Virus record (IMG/VR): IMGVR_UViG_3300023174_000090
Span: 47,557 to 111,556 of that record
Direction: 5' to 3' (one strand)
DNA length: 64,000 bases
Source of the DNA: a virus
The position numbers and the translations under genes were made by a program. This document shows positions 1-8,081 of the stretch, in pieces; the first letter of the stretch is position 1, and each line of letters starts with the position of its first letter. The notes beneath the pieces were generated by a model, which was given only the letters and a program-made list of their open reading frames with translations, ran no database searches and was not told the origin of the DNA.

Positions 1-1
1 A

Positions 2-319
2 CAGTTTTACAATGCCTTGGAACACGTAGATCATACATATCAAATAATAAAGGCAGGATATCACCCATATTTTAGATGGTTTGCTGATATAGAAGGATCG
101 GAAAAATATTTAAAAGACATTGTACCCGATCATATGAACAGTAAAATACGATCTGAACAGGATTTTGTTGAAAATTTTATGAAAAATCATGACAGATTTG
201 TATCCAAAAACAATTTTGCAGTTGTATACGGAAAGGGTCCAATAGAAAACACTTATACCGAAGAAGAAGTTGTCAAAAATTTACAAGAAATATGGAAAAA
301 ACACCACTACAAGGAATAG
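2..319 (+). CDS. Glycosyltransferase (GT2-like), C-terminal fragment; 5' end lies outside the window
   Basis: The frame is open from base 2 (QFYNALEHVDHTYQIIKAGYHPYFRWFADI). It aligns by eye with YINAFEHVDFEYNLVKNGVAPSFWYFPDL in the next gene, so it is a paralogue. Confidence 0.65.
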   Translation, partial: QFYNALEHVDHTYQIIKAGYHPYFRWFADIEGSEKYLKDIVPDHMNSKIRSEQDFVENFMKNHDRFVSKNNFAVVYGKGPIENTYTEEEVVKNLQEIWKKHHYKE

Positions 320-1773
320 GAGTGGCGATTATTACATACAATCGACCAGAATATTATAAAAAAGTATTAAAAACCATACCCAGACATAGGATAAAATCCC
401 TATTAGTGGTAAATGACGGAGAAAACTCGTATGTTGAGGAAACAGATGCAGATTTTGTTATAAAACATAACGCAAAATTGGGTGTTGCGGTATCAAAAAA
501 TCATGCACTTCATTTTTTAATAGAAAAAATGAAGTGCGAACATTTGTTTTTGATTGAAGATGACATATTGGTATTGGACGAAAATGTATTTGACGAGTAT
601 ATCAAGGCCGCAAATTCTACCGGAATACATCATTTATGTTATGAAAAGGTAAATGGCAATGAAAAAACTTTAAAATTTACACAAGAGCAACCTGATGGAG
701 TAAAAATTGGTTTTTATCATAATCCCCAAGGAGCATTTATGTATATGAATGCAAATTTAATTAAAAAACTTGGATACTTTGATGAAAATTATATAAATGC
801 ATTTGAACATGTGGATTTTGAATATAATTTGGTAAAAAATGGAGTAGCCCCATCATTTTGGTATTTCCCCGATTTACTGGAAAGCAATAAATTTTTAAAA
901 GAAATTGAAGGAAGCTCTGAAAACTCTTCAATAACAAATAAAGAAGGATATAAAGAAAATGTAGAAAAATCTGCTCATTATTTTACAAAAAAATGGGGAC
1001 ATTTTACAAATGCTATAAAAGATGAAGGACAAATTCCATTATTACATTCTTTAATACACCTACAGGCAAATTATTCCAGAAAAAAACTCATAAACAAAGA
1101 CAAACGATTGGCAATTATAATTCCATATAGAGATAGGAGAACTTCTTTGGAGAATTTATTGCCAAATTTAAGAAAATATGTAGAAAAACAAGTAAAGCAT
1201 TTTGATATCTACGTTGTAGAACAAAATGACACTAAATTATTTAATAAAGGATTACTAAACAACATAGGATATATTTTAAATTCCAATTATGACTATTACT
1301 GTTTTCATGACGTTGATTTAATCCCAGAAATGTCGGATTATTCATATCCAACAAGACCAATACACCTTAGTTCACATTGTAGTCAATTTAATTATATTAA
1401 TATACCAGATAAAATAATGGGAGGCGTTATTCTCTTTACAAAAGAACATTTTAAATTGACTAATGGATATCCAAATGACTATATAGGCTGGGGAGGAGAA
1501 GATAACAACTTGTATGCTAGATGTGAAAAGGTGAATATTCCCCCTCTAAAACATTCTTTCGGAAAATATTTCTCTATACCACATGAGCACAGATTATTCA
1601 ACCCCGAAGAAAAGAAAAAGCATTTGGAGAATGGAAAAAAAACAGATGATTTTATCGCTGGAATTACAAATTTACAAGATAATGGATTATCTACCATAAA
1701 TTTAAATGATTTTGAAATTCAAAAAGCAAATTTAAATGATTTTTTTCACATAAAAATAAAACCCAAAATTTGA
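292..1773 (+). CDS. Two-domain glycosyltransferase: N-terminal GT2 fused to C-terminal GT7 (beta-1,4-galactosyltransferase-like)
   Basis: GT2 motifs IITYNRP, VVNDG, GVAVSKN, LIEDD. GT7 motifs IIIPYRDR, FNKGLLNNIG, FHDVDL, GWGGED. Confidence 0.85.
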   Translation: MEKTPLQGIGVAIITYNRPEYYKKVLKTIPRHRIKSLLVVNDGENSYVEETDADFVIKHNAKLGVAVSKNHALHFLIEKMKCEHLFLIEDDILVLDENVFDEYIKAANSTGIHHLCYEKVNGNEKTLKFTQEQPDGVKIGFYHNPQGAFMYMNANLIKKLGYFDENYINAFEHVDFEYNLVKNGVAPSFWYFPDLLESNKFLKEIEGSSENSSITNKEGYKENVEKSAHYFTKKWGHFTNAIKDEGQIPLLHSLIHLQANYSRKKLINKDKRLAIIIPYRDRRTSLENLLPNLRKYVEKQVKHFDIYVVEQNDTKLFNKGLLNNIGYILNSNYDYYCFHDVDLIPEMSDYSYPTRPIHLSSHCSQFNYINIPDKIMGGVILFTKEHFKLTNGYPNDYIGWGGEDNNLYARCEKVNIPPLKHSFGKYFSIPHEHRLFNPEEKKKHLENGKKTDDFIAGITNLQDNGLSTINLNDFEIQKANLNDFFHIKIKPKI

Positions 1774-1789
1774 AAAATACAATAAAACA

Positions 1790-1797
1790 TATAAATA
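1790..1797 (+). promoter_or_regulatory. T4-type late promoter TATAAATA
   Basis: Exact TATAAATA 10 nt upstream of the ATG at 1808. Confidence 0.5.
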
Positions 1798-1807
1798 ATT
1801 TATTAAA

Positions 1808-2350
1808 ATGAGTAAAAGACTTTCTATATTAACGCCTACATTAAACAGTAGAAAACAATTGTTTCAGAATTTAGCAAAAGTATTAAAGGCCCAATCAAAC
1901 TCCCAAGTGGAAATGCTGGCACTTTGCGATGATGGAGAACAATCTATAGGCAAGAAAAGAAATGAGCTTGTAGAAGCAGCCAAGGGAGATTATGTCGTGT
2001 TTATAGACGATGATGACATGATTTCTCCGTTTTATGTATTTGGAATTTTAGAGGCAATAAAAAACAATCCGGACTGCTGTGGAATCGAAGGTATAATAAC
2101 AGAAAGACGATCCGGTCCCAAAAAATTTGTTCATTCGTTAAAATATACAGATTGGTTTGAAAAAGATGATGTTTATTACAGATGTCCAAACCATTTAAAC
2201 CCGATTAAAAGAGAGATAGCAATGGATGTAAAATTTCCAGAATTATACTTCGGAGAAGATAAAGACTTTTCACACAAACTTATTGGAAAATTAAAAACTG
2301 AAGTTTTTATAAATGGTCCAATTTATTATTACTATCCATCAATTAGCTAA
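1808..2350 (+). CDS. Glycosyltransferase family 2
   Basis: LSILTPT, IGKKRN, VVFIDDDD (DxD) and GED motifs. Confidence 0.85.
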   Translation: MSKRLSILTPTLNSRKQLFQNLAKVLKAQSNSQVEMLALCDDGEQSIGKKRNELVEAAKGDYVVFIDDDDMISPFYVFGILEAIKNNPDCCGIEGIITERRSGPKKFVHSLKYTDWFEKDDVYYRCPNHLNPIKREIAMDVKFPELYFGEDKDFSHKLIGKLKTEVFINGPIYYYYPSIS

Positions 2351-2352
2351 AC

Positions 2353-3612
2353 ATGAAAAACAATCTAAAATTATTAATTAAATTTCCGACAAGAGGAAGA
2401 CCCGAAAAATTTTTCAATGTATTGAACAAATATATTGAAATGGCGCATGAACACAATTCAATTGCATTTTTAATATCTATGGATGCAGATGATAAATCCA
2501 TGAATAATGATATTATTAAAAATAAATTAAATGATATTCAAAAAACAGTTAAATTGGTATATTTTTATGGAAATAGTAAGACTAAAATAGAAGCTATCAA
2601 TGCTGACATGGGAAACGTATCCGGATGGGACATAGTTTTACTCGCATCTGATGATATGATTCCAATAGTACATGGATATGATTGTATTATAAGAGATCAT
2701 ATGAAAGAATTTTTTAGAAATACTGATGGGTGTTTATGGTATTCGGATGGAGGTCAAAATAATATCTGTACGTTGAGTATTTTAGGAAAAAAATATTATG
2801 ATCGATTTGAATATATTTACAATCCAGAATATAAAAGCTTGTGGTGCGATAATGAGCATACAGATGTAATGACACAATTGGGAAAGGTTTATAAATCCGA
2901 TCAAGTTATTATAGAACATCAACATCCCGTTTATCAAAAAACAAATTATGATGAATTATATGTTAGAAATGAATCATATTTTAACATTGATAGAGAAATT
3001 TATGAAAAAAGAAAAGTTAAAAATTTTGATTTGAATTTAAACTATCCACTTTTATCAATATTAACGCCATCAATTACAAGCAGAATGGACTCGCATTTAA
3101 AAAAATTGATTGAAAAATTGAAAAAACAAATTGGAAATAGTAATGTCGAACATTTAATATTAACGGATAATAGAAAAAGAAGCATAGGAGAAAAAAGACA
3201 GTCATTGTTAGATGTTTCTAATGGAAAATATGTAACATTTATTGATGATGATGATGATATTTCAGATGATTACATAGAATGTGTATTGAATGCAATTGAA
3301 GAAAATGCAGACGTTATAACATTTAAACAAAAATGTTTAATAAATAACAATCCACCATCTATTATAAATTTTTCTCTACAAAATAAAGAAAACGAACCCT
3401 ATCTTCCGGGAATGCTTATAAACAGAATGCCATTTCATGTGTGTATATGGAAGTCTAAAATTGCTAAAAAATATAAATTTCCAAGTACAAGTTACTCAGA
3501 AGATTGGTTTTGGGTGGAACAGTTATTGAAAGAAGTTAAAACCGAATTTCATATAGATAAAGCGATACATAGCTATATCTACGATGAAAATGTAACAACA
3601 ACTCCTTTATGA
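2353..3612 (+). CDS. Tandem GT-A glycosyltransferase (two domains; C-terminal GT2 is paralogous to 1808..2350)
   Basis: N-domain PTRGRP...ASDDM...WCDNE. C-domain LSILTPS, IGEKRQ, FIDDDDD, SEDW. Confidence 0.8.
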   Translation: MKNNLKLLIKFPTRGRPEKFFNVLNKYIEMAHEHNSIAFLISMDADDKSMNNDIIKNKLNDIQKTVKLVYFYGNSKTKIEAINADMGNVSGWDIVLLASDDMIPIVHGYDCIIRDHMKEFFRNTDGCLWYSDGGQNNICTLSILGKKYYDRFEYIYNPEYKSLWCDNEHTDVMTQLGKVYKSDQVIIEHQHPVYQKTNYDELYVRNESYFNIDREIYEKRKVKNFDLNLNYPLLSILTPSITSRMDSHLKKLIEKLKKQIGNSNVEHLILTDNRKRSIGEKRQSLLDVSNGKYVTFIDDDDDISDDYIECVLNAIEENADVITFKQKCLINNNPPSIINFSLQNKENEPYLPGMLINRMPFHVCIWKSKIAKKYKFPSTSYSEDWFWVEQLLKEVKTEFHIDKAIHSYIYDENVTTTPL

Positions 3613-4286
3613 AATCTTGTATTATTAATTTTGCAAATGGTTATTGGTATGAAAATGGAAAGAATAGATTATTAAACTCTATCAATGCTTTTAAAAAAGA
3701 AACATCAACATATGATTTTTTATCATTTAAAGATTATAGTGATATCGGTTCTCCGCATCATAAAGATTTGAATTATGCTTTTAAATTTTATAGTTTCAAA
3801 AAGGCATTGGAAATGGGATATCAAAATATCCTATGGCTGGACTGTTCCATGTATGCAATAAAAAATATTGATGAATGTTTTGAGCACATTAACAACTGTG
3901 GATATGCAGTTACATGGTCAGAATATAATAATGCACAATGGACAAATGATAGAACACTAGAAGCATTTAATATGACCAGAGATGAGGCGGAAAAAACTAG
4001 ACATATCTATAGCGGATGCTTTGGAATTAGTACAAATTATACAAAATTTCAAGAATTTTATACAATGTATGAAACCCATCTTCCATATTTAAATGGGGCT
4101 TGGAATAACAACAATAAAACAGAATCTTTAGATGAAAGATGTAAGGGACATAGACATGATCAAACCATATTAAGTTTAATATTAAATAAATTAGAAATGG
4201 ACGACACTAATGGAACTTTTTTTGAATATTGGAATTCTTCGGAAAATTATAAACAAAAAACTTGCTTTATAGCGAGAGGTATGTGA
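3609..4286 (+). CDS. Putative GT-A-like (nucleotide-diphospho-sugar) transferase
   Basis: YAFK, ILWLDCS and HRHDQ motifs; embedded in the glycosyltransferase cluster. Confidence 0.55.
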   Translation: MKSCIINFANGYWYENGKNRLLNSINAFKKETSTYDFLSFKDYSDIGSPHHKDLNYAFKFYSFKKALEMGYQNILWLDCSMYAIKNIDECFEHINNCGYAVTWSEYNNAQWTNDRTLEAFNMTRDEAEKTRHIYSGCFGISTNYTKFQEFYTMYETHLPYLNGAWNNNNKTESLDERCKGHRHDQTILSLILNKLEMDDTNGTFFEYWNSSENYKQKTCFIARGM

Positions 4287-4303
4287 TAATAAATATCTAA
4301 ATT

Positions 4304-4918
4304 ATGTATAGTCAAAACAACGAAGATAAAATTTTCCTAGAATATTTTAAAGATAAACCCGAAGGAACACTCCTAGAAATAGGAGCATATGATACCACAA
4401 CATTTTCAAACTCAAGAGCCTTGATAGAAAAAAATTGGACTGCGTATTTGGTGGATGCATCTCCTTTTTGTATAACCAAATTATTTGAATCGTATAAGCA
4501 AAATAAAAAGGTAAACTTAATACAATCTCTTATCATGACAGAGAAAAGCGAATCCTTACATTGTTTTTATGACTGTCCATTTTCAGCAGTTTCATCTATT
4601 TCAAAAGAGCATACTAAAAAATATCATAAAAATGACCCTGACATAGAAAATAAAATTAAAGAAATTTACTTAAAAAGTTTAACTTTGAATGAATTGTTGA
4701 GTTTTGTTTTACAACAACAAAATGGTTTAGATTTTCTATCAATAGACGTCGAGGGATTTTCGGCAGATTTGGCAGTATCTATGGATTTGGACATTGTGAA
4801 ACCCGATTGCATCTGCATTGAACATGATTCCAAGCAAAATATTTTAATTGATAAATTTGGTGCTTTTTATAACGTAGTTCATAAAAACGGAGAAAATATT
4901 ATTTTTACTAAAAAATAA
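4304..4918 (+). CDS. FkbM-family SAM-dependent methyltransferase
   Basis: YSQNNED, LEIGAYD, SNSRAL, FLSIDVEG and CIEH motifs. Confidence 0.85.
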   Translation: MYSQNNEDKIFLEYFKDKPEGTLLEIGAYDTTTFSNSRALIEKNWTAYLVDASPFCITKLFESYKQNKKVNLIQSLIMTEKSESLHCFYDCPFSAVSSISKEHTKKYHKNDPDIENKIKEIYLKSLTLNELLSFVLQQQNGLDFLSIDVEGFSADLAVSMDLDIVKPDCICIEHDSKQNILIDKFGAFYNVVHKNGENIIFTKK

Positions 4919-6717
4919 TGAAAGATATTTTATTTGAAAAAATAAAAATCAAAAATTTTCTATCAATAAAGGATGAAGTTGTTTTTGATATCAAGTCTGG
5001 ATTAAATCTCATAACAGGAGAAAACAGAGATTCTGAAAGTAGAAACGGAGTTGGAAAGAGTTCTCTTATAGAATCGCTCTACTGGTGTTTATTCGGAAAC
5101 ACCATTAGAGACATTAAAAATGATAAAATAATACACAATCAATCTGATAAGAATTGTTGCGTTACCTTAGATTTTTCTATTAAAAATTTGGATATTAATA
5201 AAAAATATTCAATAAAAAGAACATTAGAACCTTCTAAAATTCAAATTTTAGAAGATGAAAAGGACATAACACTTTCAACTATTCCTAAGAATGATGAATT
5301 TATAAAGCAACTTTTAGGAGCCAATGAAGAAGTGTTTCAAAATGCTGTTATAATGACAGCAAACAACACTATTCCATTCATGGCACAGAAGAAGATAGAC
5401 AAAAGAAAGTTTATCGAGGGAATATTGAACATGGAAGTATTTGGGGAAATGTTATTAAAGGTTCGTTCGGATTTTAATGACTTAAAAAAGAAAAATGATA
5501 TTACTTCCACTATTTTAAACGAAAAGAATAAAAATATAATTCTTTATAATAATCAAATTCAAAAAAATAAAGAATTAAATAATACAAAAATACAAAATTT
5601 AAATCTAAAAATAGAAGAAAACAATAAAAAAATTAAAATATATTCTGATATTGATTCTATCAACGATAGAATAACAAAAAATAAAGAATCTATAGATAAA
5701 TTATTCGAAACAAATAATAAATCAGATGCGGGAATTGATAAAATTGAGGATATTTTATCCAAAAAAAATAAAAATAAAATAGAAATAGATTTTGAAATAA
5801 AGGAATTAAATTCTAAATTAAAATCTATAGACAAAACACCAGATGTTTGCCCTACTTGTAAACGAAAATACGACAAACAAGAAAATTCTCCGTGTATAGA
5901 TGTCGATTCGATTAAAAATGAATTAGATTCTAAAAAAATAATATCAAAACAATATGAAAGTGAATTGTTTGAATTGAATGATAAAAAAAGAAAACTAAAA
6001 GAAATTATAACATCAAATTTGAATAAGATTAACGCATTGAAAGATGAAATTAATAAATTAAACTTAAATTTGAGTGACGTTAAAAATTTGGAGGATAAAA
6101 ACGAGGAAATCTTAGTTCAAATTAAAGAAATTGAGAACATAGAAGATCCTTTATTGGAAAATATTCAAAAAACGGAAGAAGAAATACAAAATATATCCGA
6201 AGAATTGGAACAAATTCAAAAAAATTTACTGATTTTGGATAATTGCAAGTTTGTTCTCTCGGAAGAAGGGGTAAAATCATTTATAGTTAAAAAAATGATT
6301 TCAGTATTAAATTCTCAGTTGAATTTTTATCTTAAAACATTAAATGCACCATGTATTTGCACGTTTGATGAATCTTTCGAAGAAACCATAACAAACAATC
6401 AAGGAAAAGAGTGTTCATATTTCAATTTCAGTGGTGGGGAGAGAAAAAGAATCGATATTGCAGTTCTTTTTATGTTCCAAGATATCTTAAAATTACAAAC
6501 AGGAATCCATTTTAATCTCAGTATGTATGATGAGCTATTAGACTCTGCTTTAGATTCTAGCGGAACATCAAAAATAATGGAAATTTTGAAAGAAAGAAGT
6601 AATAATTCTTCAGAATCTATATACATCGTATCTCATAATAAATCCACGCAGGTAAATGGATTTGATAATATCATTATGTTAGAAAAGAAAGATGGCAAAA
6701 CAACTATAGCTTCTTGA
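4918..6717 (+). CDS. gp46: Recombination endonuclease ATPase subunit (gp46/SbcC/Rad50-like)
   Basis: KNFLS, Walker A NGVGKS, coiled coil with CPTC zinc hook, FSGGE signature, Walker B MYDE, VSH. Confidence 0.92.
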   Translation: MKDILFEKIKIKNFLSIKDEVVFDIKSGLNLITGENRDSESRNGVGKSSLIESLYWCLFGNTIRDIKNDKIIHNQSDKNCCVTLDFSIKNLDINKKYSIKRTLEPSKIQILEDEKDITLSTIPKNDEFIKQLLGANEEVFQNAVIMTANNTIPFMAQKKIDKRKFIEGILNMEVFGEMLLKVRSDFNDLKKKNDITSTILNEKNKNIILYNNQIQKNKELNNTKIQNLNLKIEENNKKIKIYSDIDSINDRITKNKESIDKLFETNNKSDAGIDKIEDILSKKNKNKIEIDFEIKELNSKLKSIDKTPDVCPTCKRKYDKQENSPCIDVDSIKNELDSKKIISKQYESELFELNDKKRKLKEIITSNLNKINALKDEINKLNLNLSDVKNLEDKNEEILVQIKEIENIEDPLLENIQKTEEEIQNISEELEQIQKNLLILDNCKFVLSEEGVKSFIVKKMISVLNSQLNFYLKTLNAPCICTFDESFEETITNNQGKECSYFNFSGGERKRIDIAVLFMFQDILKLQTGIHFNLSMYDELLDSALDSSGTSKIMEILKERSNNSSESIYIVSHNKSTQVNGFDNIIMLEKKDGKTTIAS

Positions 6718-6742
6718 TTTTTAACATAAAGAGTGTTAATAT
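6714..6742 (+). promoter_or_regulatory. Sigma70-like promoter
   Basis: TTGATT-17 nt-TAATAT; ATG follows 7 nt after the -10 box. Confidence 0.5.
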
Positions 6743-6749
6743 ATAGTAT

Positions 6750-8051
6750 ATGGTAAAACTGAAGTCTGAAAATATTCAAAATTCATCTGGAATTGTTTTT
6801 GAATATGAAACACATCAATTAGGAATTCCCAATCCCCCATCAAACATGCCTGTTGGCATGCCCAAATACTCATATGTGGGGGTAAAACCCGTACAAGTCC
6901 CCACAATACCTCCAGTAGAGATGCCAGAAGCATCTCTTCCTAGAGCAATAAATTATTATGCCGACTATGGTGGATGTGGGTTCTGGCGAATGATATGGCC
7001 AGAAATGTGTTTAAACGCCTATCAGAAGGCAGTTATTTCCGGTTTGACCTGCATGGTATTAGATTTGAGATTTTATCAGAATATTAAAACTATTAGAATG
7101 CAAAGACAGGCAACACCTGTTCAAAATGCATTTATCAAACAATTACACGGCGCAAAATCAAAATATAATTACAGATTGCTATATGAGGTCGATGATATTG
7201 TCTTTAAAGACGATATTCCTGACTATAACAGATGTAAAGAGGCATTTTGTGATGAAAATATTGTAAAAAGCATAACCGAAATCATGTCCATGATGGATGA
7301 AATCACTGTTACATGTGATTTCATGAAACAATATTATATTAATAAGACTGGAAATAAAAAAATAACAGTTATTCCCAACTATGCTCCGAAATTTTGGCTT
7401 GATAGGTTCTATGATAAGAAAAGACTCATGGAATCTTTCGAGAAAAACAAAAAACAACCGAGAATCTTGTATGCAGGATCTGGAACACATATCGACGTTG
7501 CAAATAAAACGGGAATGAAAGATGACTTTCATCATGTTGTTGAAGAAATCATCAAAGCCAGAAAAAAATTTAAATTTGTATGGAAGGGATGCTATCCACT
7601 AGCAATAAAACCATTCATTCAAAATGGAGAAATGGAATACCTAGATTGGTCTGCTCTCATGGATTTACCAGAAGCAATTTTCAATGCAAATTGTAACGCA
7701 ACTTTCGCTCCTCTTATGAACAATACTTTTAATAAATCAAAAAGTGACATTAAAATTATCGAGTCTGGAGCGTTTGGAATGCCCGGAACGTATCAAGACC
7801 TATGTACATACGCAGAAGCCGAATTTAAATTTGAAAGTGGAAAGGATTTGATATCTCAACTCGAATATATAACATCGGATTATGACAGATATGCAAAATT
7901 ATCCGAAAATTCCAGAAACTTTACAGAAACGAGATGGTTGGAAAATCATTTAGACAAGTACATGGGATTGTATACTACAGAATGGGGTTCCGCTGAAAGA
8001 AATAGACTCTATCCGGATATAATTAGACTCAATCCTGATCAAAAGATTTGA
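6750..8051 (+). CDS. GT-B-fold glycosyltransferase-like protein next to the DNA polymerase
   Basis: GCGFWRM, YEVDD, ITVTCDFMK, VIPNY, YAGSGTH and APLMNNTFNKSKSDIKIIE resemble phage GT4-like proteins. Confidence 0.7.
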   Translation: MVKLKSENIQNSSGIVFEYETHQLGIPNPPSNMPVGMPKYSYVGVKPVQVPTIPPVEMPEASLPRAINYYADYGGCGFWRMIWPEMCLNAYQKAVISGLTCMVLDLRFYQNIKTIRMQRQATPVQNAFIKQLHGAKSKYNYRLLYEVDDIVFKDDIPDYNRCKEAFCDENIVKSITEIMSMMDEITVTCDFMKQYYINKTGNKKITVIPNYAPKFWLDRFYDKKRLMESFEKNKKQPRILYAGSGTHIDVANKTGMKDDFHHVVEEIIKARKKFKFVWKGCYPLAIKPFIQNGEMEYLDWSALMDLPEAIFNANCNATFAPLMNNTFNKSKSDIKIIESGAFGMPGTYQDLCTYAEAEFKFESGKDLISQLEYITSDYDRYAKLSENSRNFTETRWLENHLDKYMGLYTTEWGSAERNRLYPDIIRLNPDQKI

Positions 8052-8075
8052 CACTTTTCCTGCAAGTGCTAATAT
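8048..8075 (+). promoter_or_regulatory. Sigma70-like promoter of the DNA polymerase gene
   Basis: TTGACA-16 nt-TAATAT with a TG extension; ATG at 8082. Confidence 0.6.
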
Positions 8076-8081
8076 AGGGGC

